Origin: an uncultured Candidatus Rokubacteria bacterium
GTDB lineage: Bacteria > Methylomirabilota > Methylomirabilia > Rokubacteriales > CSP1-6
Reading direction: 5' to 3'
DNA: 64,000 nt
Assembly: GCA_963762145.1 (NCBI GenBank)
Contig: CAVXJS010000021.1
Location: forward strand, 832,001 to 896,000
In this document: in pieces, positions 1 through 9,397 of the stretch
Layout of the letters: each line of letters starts with the position of its first letter
How positions within the stretch are numbered: position 1 is the stretch's first letter
Program-made: the position numbers and the translations under genes
The notes under the pieces: model-generated
Database searches by the model: none
Told to the model about the DNA's origin: nothing
The model's input: the letters and a program-made list of their open reading frames with translations, nothing else

Positions 1-781
1 CGAAGCCGCAGGAGACGTAGTCGCGTGCCTGCAGGCCGGCGGTGAGCAGGGCGAGCGGATCGTCGTACGGCATGCATCCCTTGGCCATGAAGGTGTTGAC
101 CACCGGGATGCCGTGGGCGCGGGAGAAGTCGCGCAGCTCCTTGGAGGCGCCGCCGCGGATCACCCCGTTGCCCGCGAAGATGAGCGGGAACGAGGCGGCC
201 TCGATGAGGCGCGCGGCCGACTGGAGCGCCTGGCGATCCGGCGACGGGCGCCGCGGGCGCTCGGTGGAGAGCGGCTCGCCCTCGGCCGCCTCCTCCGCCA
301 CGTCCTCGGGCACCTCGATGTGACAGGCGCCCGGCTTCTCGGCTTCGGCCACCTTGAAGGCCTTGCGGAACACCTCGGGGATGACCACCGGCATCTCGGC
401 GCGCGCGTTCCACTTGGTGAGCGGGCGCATGAGCTCGACGATGTCAACGTACTGGTGCGACTCCTTGTGAACGCGGTCCCGGCCCGCCTGCCCGGTGATC
501 GCCACGAGGGGCGCGTGGTCGAGGTTGGCGTCCGCCACGCCGGTGGCCAGGTTGGTGGCGCCGGGGCCCAGCGTGGCGAGACAGACGCCCGCCCGGCCGG
601 TGAGCCGGCCGTAGGCATCGGCCATGAACGCGGCGCCCTGCTCGTGGCGGGTGGGGATGAAGCGGACGTCCGAGTCGATCAGGGAGTCGACGATGTCGAG
701 GATCTCCTCGCCGGGGACCCCGAACACGTACTTGACCCCCTCGTTCTCCAGACAGCGGGCGATCAGATCGGATGCCTTCAT
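1..781 (-). CDS. ThDP-dependent acetolactate synthase-family enzyme (possible 2-oxoglutarate decarboxylase type); 3' part runs off the window
   Basis: Not in ORF track. Read manually from ATG at 781: MKASDLIARCLENEGVKYVFGVPGEE...TRHEQGAAFMADAYGRLTGRAGVCLATLGPGATN...HKESHQ; GGAGG RBS upstream. Confidence 0.9.
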   Translation of the reverse strand, partial: MKASDLIARCLENEGVKYVFGVPGEEILDIVDSLIDSDVRFIPTRHEQGAAFMADAYGRLTGRAGVCLATLGPGATNLATGVADANLDHAPLVAITGQAGRDRVHKESHQYVDIVELMRPLTKWNARAEMPVVIPEVFRKAFKVAEAEKPGACHIEVPEDVAEEAAEGEPLSTERPRRPSPDRQALQSAARLIEAASFPLIFAGNGVIRGGASKELRDFSRAHGIPVVNTFMAKGCMPYDDPLALLTAGLQARDYVSCGF

Positions 782-888
782 CGGTCCACCTCCACTCGCA
801 GTCTACGCTCCCGCCCGAGACGCGGCCACCGTGGCACCAGTTGCCGCGTCTTACTCTCGGGCGCACCATGAGGACAAGGAGGGATGCC

Positions 889-2253
889 ATGAGCGTTCAA
901 TCGATCAATCCGGCCACCGGCGAGGTCCTCGAGACGATCGAAGAGACGTCGAAAACGCAGATCGAGCAGGCCCTGGCGCAGGCGCACGCCGCCTTCCTCG
1001 AATGGCGCACCCGCCCGTTCGCGGATCGGGCCCGGCTCATGCGCGCCGCCGCCAAGGAGCTTCGCGCGAACAAGGCGGAGTACGCCCTGACCATGACCCG
1101 GGAGATGGGCAAGCCCATCACCCAGGCGGAAGCCGAGGTGGAGAAGAGCGCCGGGACCTGCGACTACTACGCCGAGCACGCGGAGGCGTTCCTGGCCGAG
1201 CAGCCGCGGGAGACCGATGCGAAACGGAGCTTCGTCCGCTTCGATCCGCTCGGGGTGGTGCTGGCCGTGATGCCGTGGAACTTCCCGTACTGGCAGGTCT
1301 TCCGCTTCGCGGCCCCGGCCCTCATGGCGGGCAACGGCGGCATCCTCAAGCACGCCTCCAACGTTCCGCGCTGCGCGCTGCAGATCGAGCAGGTGTTCCG
1401 CCGCGCCGGCTTCCCGGAAGGGCTGTTCCGGACCGTGCTCACCAACGCGGCGGGGGTGAAGGAGATCATCGCGGATCCGCGCATCGTCGCGGCGACCCTC
1501 ACCGGCAGCGAGCGCGCGGGCATGGCGGTGGCCGAGCAGGCCGGGCGCATGCTGAAGAAGACGGTGCTCGAGCTGGGCGGCAGCGATCCCTTCATCGTGC
1601 TGGCCGACGCGGACGTGGATGCGGCGGCCAGCGCCGCGGCGGACGCGCGGCTGATCAACAGCGGCCAGAGCTGCATCGCGGCCAAACGCTTCATCGTGGT
1701 CGAATCGGTGGGGGACCGCTTCCTCGAGCGGTTCAAGACGGAGCTGGGCGCGCGCCGCATGGGCGATCCCACGTCCCGGGACACCGCGGTCGGCCCCCAG
1801 GCGCGGCTGGACCTGCGCGACGAGCTCCACTCGCAGGTCACCGAGTCCATCAAGCGGGGGGCCCGGCGGATCCTGGGCGGCGAGGTGCCCGCGGGCAAGG
1901 GCGCCTTCTACCCGCCGACGCTCCTGGCCGCGGTGGACAAGGGCATGCCCGCCTTCGACGAGGAGACGTTCGGACCGGTGGCGGCGGTGATCGTGGCCAA
2001 GGACGCGGCGGATGCGATCCGCCTCGCGAACGACTCCCCCTACGGCCTGGGCGCGGCGCTGTGGACCGCCGACCGTGCACGCGCCGAGCACCTCGCCGCG
2101 CAGATCGAGGCGGGCGCGGTGTTCGTCAACGGGATCGTGAAATCCGACCCGCGCCTACCCTTCGGTGGCATCAAGCGCTCGGGCTACGGCCGCGAGCTCT
2201 CCGAGTACGGCATCCGCGAGTTCGTGAATATCAAGTCGGTGTGGATCTCGTAG
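889..2253 (+). CDS. NAD(P)-dependent succinate-semialdehyde dehydrogenase (Sad/GabD-like aldehyde dehydrogenase)
   Basis: MSVQSINPATGE, MPWNFP, LELGGSDP, GQSCIAAKR, EETFGP, PFGGIKRSGYGRE; AAGGAGG RBS. Confidence 0.92.
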   Translation: MSVQSINPATGEVLETIEETSKTQIEQALAQAHAAFLEWRTRPFADRARLMRAAAKELRANKAEYALTMTREMGKPITQAEAEVEKSAGTCDYYAEHAEAFLAEQPRETDAKRSFVRFDPLGVVLAVMPWNFPYWQVFRFAAPALMAGNGGILKHASNVPRCALQIEQVFRRAGFPEGLFRTVLTNAAGVKEIIADPRIVAATLTGSERAGMAVAEQAGRMLKKTVLELGGSDPFIVLADADVDAAASAAADARLINSGQSCIAAKRFIVVESVGDRFLERFKTELGARRMGDPTSRDTAVGPQARLDLRDELHSQVTESIKRGARRILGGEVPAGKGAFYPPTLLAAVDKGMPAFDEETFGPVAAVIVAKDAADAIRLANDSPYGLGAALWTADRARAEHLAAQIEAGAVFVNGIVKSDPRLPFGGIKRSGYGRELSEYGIREFVNIKSVWIS

Positions 2254-2327
2254 CACGCGCGAAGACGTAGGGAGGGCTATCGGGTCGGAGCTACCCGGTA
2301 GGTGTTACCGCCGTTAGCTTCTCTTTT

Positions 2328-2362
2328 GGAATGCGGGGGCCCAGAAATGGCCCCCGCATTCC
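2328..2362. repeat. 14-bp perfect inverted repeat (hairpin) between convergent genes
   Basis: GGAATGCGGGGGCC-7 nt-GGCCCCCGCATTCC; no downstream U tract on either strand. Confidence 0.7.
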
Positions 2363-2373
2363 CCCCGTCCCCG

Positions 2374-2907
2374 TCACTCGCCGTCCAGGGCCTCGGGCAT
2401 TTTTCGCAGCAGCCGGCCGTGGAAGTATGCGAGGGCGCCGACCATCGCCGCGGCGCCCAGGATGTGCCCGCCCAGGAAGATCACCGGGGTGACCGCCTGG
2501 CCGAGCCACTGCGAGAGCGCGTAGACCATCGCGAGGAACACCACCGCGAGGCAGCAGCCGAAGATGAAGATCAGCGCGAGGACACGCTTCTCGCGCTCGG
2601 CGAGCGCGAAGAGCCCCGCCACCCCGAGCCCGAGGGCCACGAAGCCGGCGAGGTGCACCGCGGTGTAGCCGGCCACCAGCCGCGCGGTCGGCGCGACCGC
2701 ATCCACGTCCCGCACCCCGTCGAAGAGCGCGGCGCCCAGCAGCGCGGGGGTCCGCAGGGGCACGCCCGCGGCCAAATCCACGATGAAGAACCACAGCATC
2801 ACGACGGCAGCTCCGATGAGCCCTACCGTGATGCCCTCTCGCACCGCGTGCGTCGATCGCCGCGACACGCGCGGCCGTGTTCCGTATCGCATCGTCGCTT
2901 CACTCAT
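2374..2907 (-). CDS. hypothetical integral membrane protein (about 4 TM helices)
   Basis: Hydrophobic segments; GGAGG RBS before ATG at 2907. Confidence 0.75.
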   Translation of the reverse strand: MSEATMRYGTRPRVSRRSTHAVREGITVGLIGAAVVMLWFFIVDLAAGVPLRTPALLGAALFDGVRDVDAVAPTARLVAGYTAVHLAGFVALGLGVAGLFALAEREKRVLALIFIFGCCLAVVFLAMVYALSQWLGQAVTPVIFLGGHILGAAAMVGALAYFHGRLLRKMPEALDGE

Positions 2908-3061
2908 GTCGTGTCCTCCCGCTGATCCCGAGTTGCACATTCGGGACCAGAACCCGGCGCCCACGGCGCGGAAAGAAGTACGCGGCACTCTTTACCGGAC
3001 CGAGGCGCAGCTCACCGGCGCGCGAGGGCCGATTGGCCAGCATCCTCGTGCCTTTAGGTCG

Positions 3062-3077
3062 TGGCATACCGCTTGCT
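3062..3077 (+). promoter_or_regulatory. sigma54 (-24/-12) promoter
   Basis: TGGCATACCGCTTGCT, GG-N10-GC spacing, upstream of the small-protein/BON cluster. Confidence 0.75.
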
Positions 3078-3133
3078 CTCTTCCCCATGCGTCACGCAGC
3101 GCGGAGCAATCACGTAGCGCACAGGAGGACATC

Positions 3134-3340
3134 ATGGCGCGACAGTCGAAGACGAGCGGGGAGCCGCGCATCGGGCGGAAGGATCTTCAGGATCCGGACC
3201 GCGATGTGCGCAGCCCGCGGAAGGGCACCGTGGAACCCGATGCCGAGCGTAGTGACCGGGAGGCCGGTGCGGGGCGGCCCGTGCAGCTCGACGAGGAAGG
3301 GCGCTCGCGGCCGGCCGACGACGCCCCGGTAGCTAAGTAG
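3134..3340 (+). CDS. small hydrophilic hypothetical protein
   Basis: AGGAGG RBS; MARQSKTSGEPRIGRKDLQDPD...; highly charged. Confidence 0.65.
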   Translation: MARQSKTSGEPRIGRKDLQDPDRDVRSPRKGTVEPDAERSDREAGAGRPVQLDEEGRSRPADDAPVAK

Positions 3341-3394
3341 AAAAGAACGGCGAAGTAGAAGGCAACCAAACTCGTTTCAAGGAGGAAGCAAACC

Positions 3395-3988
3395 ATGCGG
3401 TATGGCAAGACAATGACGACAGCCACGCTTCTCACCGCGCTCCTCGCGGCGGCTCCGTTCACCGCGGGCGCGCAGAGCAAGACGGAAGAGGCCAAGGACA
3501 AGACCAAGACGATGACCCAGGACGCGAAGGTCGCGGTCACCGACACCTGGATCACCTCGAAGACCAAGATGGCCATCTTCGCGGACGAGCGCGTGAAGGG
3601 GACGCAGGTCAGCGTCGACACCATGAAGGACGGCGTCGTGCACCTGCGCGGCAAGGTCGACTCGGCCGAGGCCAAGACGGCGGCCGGTGAGATCGCCAAG
3701 GGTATCGAGGGCGTGAAGTCGGTGAAGAACGACCTCCAGGTCGTGGCTCCGGCGGACCGCAAGATGGTGAACGCCAAGGACGAGGACATCGACAAGGCAG
3801 TGAAGGCGCGGCTCGCGAAGGACGCGCAGGCGAAGAAGGTCGACGTGCGTACCGATGCGGGCGTGGTGACGCTGACGGGCGAGGTGCCGAGCATCACCGC
3901 GGCGGCCAAGGCTTCCGAGATGGCGCGTGGCGTGGCCGGCGTGAAGGCGGTGAAGAACGAGCTGACCTTTCGCCAGGCCGGCAAGTAA
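3395..3988 (+). CDS. BON-domain protein (OsmY-like), secreted
   Basis: Signal peptide plus two BON domains (DTWITSKTK...GVVHLRGKV; GVVTLTGEV...VKAVKNEL). Confidence 0.9.
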   Translation: MRYGKTMTTATLLTALLAAAPFTAGAQSKTEEAKDKTKTMTQDAKVAVTDTWITSKTKMAIFADERVKGTQVSVDTMKDGVVHLRGKVDSAEAKTAAGEIAKGIEGVKSVKNDLQVVAPADRKMVNAKDEDIDKAVKARLAKDAQAKKVDVRTDAGVVTLTGEVPSITAAAKASEMARGVAGVKAVKNELTFRQAGK

Positions 3989-4019
3989 CGCCGGCAAGTA
4001 ACGAAGGAAGGATCGTTCC

Positions 4020-4211
4020 ATGGCCCGGCCGAGAGGCAAGGGCAGTCGCAAGGTCAAGAAGGTGATGGGCGAGTACAAGCGGGGCTCGCTCCGCTCGTCC
4101 TCGGGAGCAAAAGTTCGCAAGCGCAAGCAGGCCGTCGCCATCGCGCTGAGTGAGGCTCGCGAAGCCGGAGCCCGCATCCCACGGCGGCGGCGGAGATCCC
4201 GGGCTCGCTGA
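4020..4211 (+). CDS. DUF6496-type small basic protein
   Basis: KVKKVMGEYKRGSLRSSSGAKV..RKQAVAIALSEAREAGA. Confidence 0.8.
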   Translation: MARPRGKGSRKVKKVMGEYKRGSLRSSSGAKVRKRKQAVAIALSEAREAGARIPRRRRRSRAR

Positions 4212-4265
4212 CGCGGCCGGGAAGACCCGGCGCCTCGGGCGCCGGAAGGAAAGGAGTACGACGAC

Positions 4266-4415
4266 ATGGGCACCACGGAGAAGCAGGGCCAGCAGGGTCA
4301 GCCCGGTCACGACCGGGACAAGGACCGCCAGGGCCAGCAGCAGCAGGAGCCGGGCCGCAACCCGCAGCCGGGTGGCGGTCAGCCGGGTGGTGGTCAGGGC
4401 GAGCGTAATCGCTAG
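4266..4415 (+). CDS. 49-aa Gln/Gly-rich hydrophilin-like microprotein
   Basis: Below ORF cutoff; AAGGAG RBS; MGTTEKQGQQGQPGHDRDKDRQGQQQQEPGRNPQPGGGQPGGGQGERNR. Confidence 0.65.
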   Translation: MGTTEKQGQQGQPGHDRDKDRQGQQQQEPGRNPQPGGGQPGGGQGERNR

Positions 4416-4508
4416 TCGATAGCTCTTAGCTCCAGGGGCGGGCGTCGGGGAAATGGTTTCCCGGCGCCCGCCGGGCCACCCACGAAGGCCAGAAGAGGAG
4501 GACGCGCG

Positions 4509-4661
4509 GTGTCACTGATCTTGATCGTCATCCTGGTACTCATCCTACTCGGGACGCTGCCGACGTGGCCGTACAGCTCGGGGTGGGGTCCGTATCCGAG
4601 CGGGGGCGTCGGACTGGTGCTGTTGATCCTCGTGATCCTCTTGCTGACGGGACGACTCTGA
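4509..4661 (+). CDS. DUF3309-family small membrane protein (50 aa)
   Basis: Below ORF cutoff; GTG start; LILLGTLPTWPYSSGWGPYPSGGVGLVLLILVILLLTGRL. Confidence 0.85.
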   Translation: MSLILIVILVLILLGTLPTWPYSSGWGPYPSGGVGLVLLILVILLLTGRL

Positions 4662-4662
4662 C

Positions 4663-4878
4663 ATGAAAGCCTGCGCGGCGTCGGGACGGATCGCGGCGGC
4701 GGTGGCCCTCGCCATGGGCGGCCTCGGACTGGGGCTGCTCCTGCTGGGCAGTCGGCGCGCCGATCCGCTCCCGGTGGCGCGTTGTCCCATCCATGGAATC
4801 GCCTACGACGCCGAGCTCGAGGTTTGCCCCGAATGCGCCAAGACCGACGCGGCGGGCGGAAAGGGAGGCACGCGATGA
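4663..4878 (+). CDS. small membrane-anchored protein with CPIH...CPEC putative Zn site
   Basis: N-terminal hydrophobic helix; tightly packed in the operon. Confidence 0.6.
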   Translation: MKACAASGRIAAAVALAMGGLGLGLLLLGSRRADPLPVARCPIHGIAYDAELEVCPECAKTDAAGGKGGTR

Positions 4879-5039
4879 GCGGGATGCCGGCTCTGTACTG
4901 TCGGACCTGTAACACCTTTCGGGAGGTCGAAGACTGGCGCGAGCGGGGCGAAGCCCTCGTCATCGAGCTCGGACCCTGCGGCCACGAGATCCGGCGGAGT
5001 GCCGGCGTCGAATGGCCCATTCACACCGTGGCAGCGTGA
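4875..5039 (+). CDS. small putative zinc-ribbon protein
   Basis: ATGA overlap; GGAGG RBS; YCRTC...PCGH. Confidence 0.6.
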   Translation: MSGMPALYCRTCNTFREVEDWRERGEALVIELGPCGHEIRRSAGVEWPIHTVAA

Positions 5040-5052
5040 GAAGGAGAACGTC

Positions 5053-5295
5053 ATGTTGAGTCGATTCATGCTCGGAGCGATCGTGGGCGGCATCGCGGTC
5101 TACATGTGGGGCGACGAGATCCGTCGCTTCGCGGACACCAAGGGCCGCACCGCGCGGCTGGCGGCGGCGGACACGCTGAAGTCGGTCCAGGACACCGCGG
5201 AGGGTCTCTTCGATTCCGCGAAGGATCAGGTGACGTCGACCCTGCAGTCGGGTCAGGACGCCATCCGGCCCGCGCGGGCCACTCGGGAGCGGTGA
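5053..5295 (+). CDS. YtxH-like small membrane-anchored protein
   Basis: MLSRFMLGAIVGGIAVYMWG plus amphipathic helix; AAGGAG RBS. Confidence 0.7.
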   Translation: MLSRFMLGAIVGGIAVYMWGDEIRRFADTKGRTARLAAADTLKSVQDTAEGLFDSAKDQVTSTLQSGQDAIRPARATRER

Positions 5296-5993
5296 TGAGC
5301 GCGCGGGCAGTCGTTGGCGGCGCGCTCGTGGCCGTGACCTTGCTCGGCGGCTGCGCCATCGAGACCACGAGCGGGCCGACGGGCCGGCCGACCGAGACCA
5401 CGCGCCCGGCCCCCGGCCAGGCCCCGACGACCCCGCAGAAGACGGTCGACCCGGCGCAGGTCGAGCGGCTCAAGAAGGTGATGATCCCGCTGTTGCAGGC
5501 CATGAACAAACCGAAGGCGCCGGGCCAGGTCAAGATCGGGATTATCGACGATCCGTCGATCAATGCGGCGAACGCCGGCGGCGGCGAGTTCTACGTGACC
5601 ACCGGTCTCCTACAGAAGGCGTCCGACGATCAGCTCCTCGCCGTGATGGCCCACGAGGTCGCGCACGACGACCTCGGCCACGTGGCCAAGGCCCAGGCCC
5701 TCGGCACCGGGCTCGGGATCGGCGCGGTCATCCTCGACCAGATCATCCCGGGGGCTGGCCGGGTAGCGCCGATCGCGGGGGCGCTCATCCAGAGCAAGTA
5801 CAGCCGAAGCGAGGAATACCAGGCCGACGCCCATGGCGTGGAGCTGCTCAAGCGGGTGGGCCGGAACAAGGACGTGATGATCAACACCCTCACCTGGCTG
5901 ATGAGCACGGAGGGGAGCGGCGGCGGGGGCGGCGGCTTCTTGAGCACCCATCCCGAGACCGGAGATCGCATCGAAGAGCTTCGCCGGCTGTGA
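5295..5993 (+). CDS. M48 family metallopeptidase lipoprotein
   Basis: Lipobox LGGC; INAANAGGG, AVMAHEVAH (HExxH), YSRSEEYQAD, FLSTHP. Confidence 0.9.
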   Translation: MSARAVVGGALVAVTLLGGCAIETTSGPTGRPTETTRPAPGQAPTTPQKTVDPAQVERLKKVMIPLLQAMNKPKAPGQVKIGIIDDPSINAANAGGGEFYVTTGLLQKASDDQLLAVMAHEVAHDDLGHVAKAQALGTGLGIGAVILDQIIPGAGRVAPIAGALIQSKYSRSEEYQADAHGVELLKRVGRNKDVMINTLTWLMSTEGSGGGGGGFLSTHPETGDRIEELRRL

Positions 5994-7255
5994 GCACGAT
6001 GAGAGGGCGGGCGGCGACCCGCGTGGTCTCCGTCGCCTGCCTTCTCCTCTTGCTCGTCAGTTGCAACCACGTCCAGCCCCACCTCAAGATCCCCGATCTG
6101 CGGATCTCCGAGCCGGCGCTCCGCGCCACGCTCGTCGGCTACACCGGCGGCGCGGTGGTGACCGGCAACCGGGTCGAAGTCCTCCTGAACGGCGAGGAGA
6201 TCTTCCCGGCCAAGCTCGCGGTGATCCGGGCCGCGCGCAAGACCATCACCTACGCCCAGTACGTGTTCGAGGAGGGGGCGCCCGCCGAGGAGACCGCTCA
6301 GGCGCTCGCGGAGCGCTGCCGGGCTGGGGTCAAGGTGCACGTGCTCATCGATGCGGTCGGCTCGCTGCTGATGCCCACGCAGTACCGCGACCTGATGACC
6401 GAAGCCGGCTGCGAGGTCGCGCTCTACCGCCCGATCACCCCGTGGACCATGGACCGGGCCAACTACCGGAACCATCGGCGCATCCTGGTCGCGGACGGGC
6501 GGATGGGCGTCACCGGCGGCTCGGGCACCAGCGGCAAGTGGAGCGGCAACGGCAAGCAGGAAGGGCAGTGGCGCGACACCGACATGCGGGTCGAGGGCCC
6601 GGTGGTGAACCAGCTCCAGGGCGCGTTCGCGGAAAACTGGCTGGAGGCGACCGGGGCCGCGCTGGGAGGGGCCGACTACTTTCCGTGGCCCATCGAGGCC
6701 AAGGGCGGGGTCGAGTCCCAAATTGTGCGCAGCTCGCCGGCGGGCGGCAGCGTGGCGATGTACACCATGTTCCTGCTCGCGATGGCCTCGGCCCGCCGGA
6801 CGATCTACATCACCAATCCGTACTTCGTGCCCGACGAGAAGATGATCGAGACGCTGCTCCAGTCTCGGCAGCGGGGCGTGCGCGTCGTCCTGCTCCTGCC
6901 GGGAGCGATCGATCACAATCTCGTGCGGCAGGCCAGCCGCTCGCAGCTCGGCCGTCTGCTCCAGGCGGGCGTCCAGATCTACGAGTACCGGGCGGCGCTG
7001 CTGCACTCCAAGACCATGGTGATCGACTCCATCTGGGCCACCGTCGGCAGCACGAATCTCGACCGTCGCTCGTTCGAGCTGAACGAGGAGCTGAACCTGG
7101 TCGTCTACAACGCAGACGTCGCGCGGCGGCTCGAGCGCGTCTTCGAGGACGATCTGGGACAGTCCCGGCCGGTCACCTACGAGCAGTGGAAGGACCGCGG
7201 GTTCATGAGCCGCTTCCTCGAGATGCTCTCGATCCCGGTCCGCGGGCAGCTCTGA
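5990..7255 (+). CDS. cardiolipin synthase B-like phospholipase D family protein
   Basis: LLNGEEIFP; motifs NHRRILVAD and LHSKTMVID; GSTNLD..SFELNEE. Confidence 0.88.
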   Translation: MSTMRGRAATRVVSVACLLLLLVSCNHVQPHLKIPDLRISEPALRATLVGYTGGAVVTGNRVEVLLNGEEIFPAKLAVIRAARKTITYAQYVFEEGAPAEETAQALAERCRAGVKVHVLIDAVGSLLMPTQYRDLMTEAGCEVALYRPITPWTMDRANYRNHRRILVADGRMGVTGGSGTSGKWSGNGKQEGQWRDTDMRVEGPVVNQLQGAFAENWLEATGAALGGADYFPWPIEAKGGVESQIVRSSPAGGSVAMYTMFLLAMASARRTIYITNPYFVPDEKMIETLLQSRQRGVRVVLLLPGAIDHNLVRQASRSQLGRLLQAGVQIYEYRAALLHSKTMVIDSIWATVGSTNLDRRSFELNEELNLVVYNADVARRLERVFEDDLGQSRPVTYEQWKDRGFMSRFLEMLSIPVRGQL

Positions 7256-7292
7256 TCGCGCCGGCGGTTGACGGCCACGGTAGGCTGAAATC

Positions 7293-8382
7293 ATGAGCCG
7301 GTCGGCCACGCTCCTCCTCGCCGTCGCCCTGACCCTGCTCGCCGGCGATGGCTTCTCGCCCCTCGGGCCGGGAAGGTCGGGGGCCGAGAATGCGGTTCCG
7401 CGCGTCGCTCCTGGCTTCTTCGATCCCGCCCAGCGGGCGGGCAGCGCCTACAAGAACCTGGATCCCGAATACCGGCGCGCGTCCTACTGGGCTCGTCTGC
7501 ACTCGCTCGTGACTCGGCGCCACCTGGCTGGTGTCGGAGAGCCGGGTCGCGCCGCTGCCGCTCGGGACGCCGGATTGGGCCGCCCTGCGCGATCGCCGCC
7601 CGCACGCGCCGACCGTGACCTGGATCGGCCACTCGACCGTGCTGGTCCAGCTCGACGGCGTCAACTTCCTGACCGATCCGACCTGGGCCGATCGCAGCGG
7701 TCCCTTCAGCGGTTTCATCGGCGTGCGCCGCTACACGCCGCCCGGTATCCCCTTCGACGACCTGCCGCCCATCGACTTCGTCCTGATCTCCCACGACCAC
7801 TACGACCATCTCGACGAGCCCACCGTGCGCCGCCTGGCCCGCACGTCCGATCCGCTCTTCGTCGTGCCCCTCGGCATCAAGGCGTGGCTCGCCGATCGCG
7901 GCATCACCAACGCGGTGGAGCTCGACTGGGGAGAGTCGGTCACGGTCAAGGGGTTGACGGTGGTGTGTACACCGGCGCAGCACGGCGGCGGGCGCACCGC
8001 CATCGACCAGGGCCGTCGGCTCTGGTCATCGTGGGCGGTGCTGGGCTCGAAGCGCTTCTACTTCGGCGGCGACACCGGCTACTATCGCCACTTCGCGGAG
8101 ACCGGAGACCGGCTCGGCCCCTTCGACCTGGCCGCCCTGCCGATCGGGTCCTACACGCCGCGCGACATCGCCAAGGCCGTGCACATCTCGCCGGAGGAAG
8201 CGCTGCAGGCCGCGCTGGACCTGCGCGCTTCCCACATGCTCGGCGTGCACTGGGGCACCTTCGCCCTCGCCCGGGAGCCGTACGACGAGCCACCGGCCCG
8301 CATGCGCGCCGAGATCGAGCGGCGCGGGATCGACCCGGACACCGCCTGGATCCTCAAGCCCGGCGAGACCCGTACCTGGTAG
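7293..8382 (+). CDS. MBL-fold metallo-hydrolase (NAPE-PLD/RomA-like), apparent +1 frameshift near 7512
   Basis: Signal-peptide N-terminus in the 7293 frame; catalytic part TWIGHST, ISHDHYDHLD, GDTGY, HWGTF in the 7531 frame. Confidence 0.8.
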
Positions 8383-8388
8383 TTTTCT

Positions 8389-8423
8389 CCCTCTCCCCGA
8401 CGGGGAGAGGGCATGGTGAGGGG
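8389..8423. repeat. REP-like palindromic repeat (CCCTCACCCTGCCCTCTCCCC-N-GGGGAGAGGG family), copy 1
   Basis: CCCTCTCCCC-GAC-GGGGAGAGGG hairpin with GGTGAGGGG tail. Confidence 0.8.
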
Positions 8424-8424
8424 C

Positions 8425-8751
8425 CTACATCCAGTAGTACGGGAACCGGTAGTAGTCGTGCAGTCGGGTCTCGTAGTCGCGCGTGAAGTCGACGTCCGGC
8501 TTGTACTCGGGCGCCTCCTGGATGCGCTTCTTCTCGATGTTCATCACCAGTGTCTCCCGCTCGGGGGCCACACTGCTGATCCAGGCGGTCGAGAGGACCA
8601 CCTTCTTGCCGGGGAGCCAGTTGCCGGTGTCGATGACGAGGTAGCGCAGCTTCATCTCCTGGTCGTCGATGATGAGATCGCTGACGCTGCCGATCTCCCC
8701 GTCGGTGGCGAGAATCCGATAATTGAGCACGTTCTTGATGGGTCGCAGCAT
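8425..8751 (-). CDS. PRC-barrel domain protein
   Basis: ILATDGEIGSVSDLIIDDQEMKLRYLVIDTGNWLPGKKVVLS...LHDYY. Confidence 0.88.
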   Translation of the reverse strand: MLRPIKNVLNYRILATDGEIGSVSDLIIDDQEMKLRYLVIDTGNWLPGKKVVLSTAWISSVAPERETLVMNIEKKRIQEAPEYKPDVDFTRDYETRLHDYYRFPYYWM

Positions 8752-8793
8752 GGGGAGCTCCTTTCCGCAGAATGTGAATTCGACCGAAAACGG

Positions 8794-8809
8794 AGCAACA
8801 TCCATGCCG
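8794..8809 (-). promoter_or_regulatory. sigma54 promoter
   Basis: Minus strand CGGCATGGATGTTGCT (GG-N10-GC) upstream of the PRC-barrel gene. Confidence 0.7.
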
Positions 8810-8879
8810 CGATCGAAGCGGGCTCTGGCCGGCGTTTCCCCTGGGTGGGACGGCACTCGGGACGCGCGGCCGGAATCAA

Positions 8880-9374
8880 CTACTCGGTAGTATCGATGAC
8901 CTGGCGCACGTGGGAGGCGTCGCTCGTCTCGGCAAAGCGGCCGTCGCGGTACGCGCCACACACACCCCGCCAGAAACTGATCGCGGGCGCGTTGCGCGGG
9001 AGCTCGAAGATCTCCCACTGGCCCCTGAACCGGTCGAACAGCGTGAACACCGCCCGCCGGCCGATCCCCCGCCCGCGCTCGGACCGCAGCACGAAGAACT
9101 CGGACATCCGGAAGTCCATCCCCGGCCGCAGGTGGGGAGAGGGGGCGTGGTTGACGAGCGCGAAGCCGACCCGCCGGCCGTCCTCGACGATGATCAGCGG
9201 GTGGTCGGTGTCCTCCTGAAGCCAGCCCGGGAGGTGGTCCGGGCTCCAGAGACCGCGCTCGTCCAGCGTGTAGTAGGAGTCGTCGAACGCCGAGAGGTCG
9301 TGGAGATAGAACGGGTAGACGTTGATCAACCACTCCCGGTCGAGCAGCGAGCGACGCGCATCGCGTAGCTCCAC
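8880..9374 (-). CDS. GNAT family N-acetyltransferase
   Basis: YPFYLHDLS, MSEFFVLRSERGRGIGRRA, NAPAISFW; start approximate (GTG). Confidence 0.85.
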   Translation of the reverse strand: MELRDARRSLLDREWLINVYPFYLHDLSAFDDSYYTLDERGLWSPDHLPGWLQEDTDHPLIIVEDGRRVGFALVNHAPSPHLRPGMDFRMSEFFVLRSERGRGIGRRAVFTLFDRFRGQWEIFELPRNAPAISFWRGVCGAYRDGRFAETSDASHVRQVIDTTE

Positions 9375-9397
9375 CCGCGTGACTGGCGGAAGGGCGG

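Noticed and set aside
832-845. TGGCACCAGTTGC sigma54-like motif
   Set aside because: GG-GC spacing is 8 nt, not 10.
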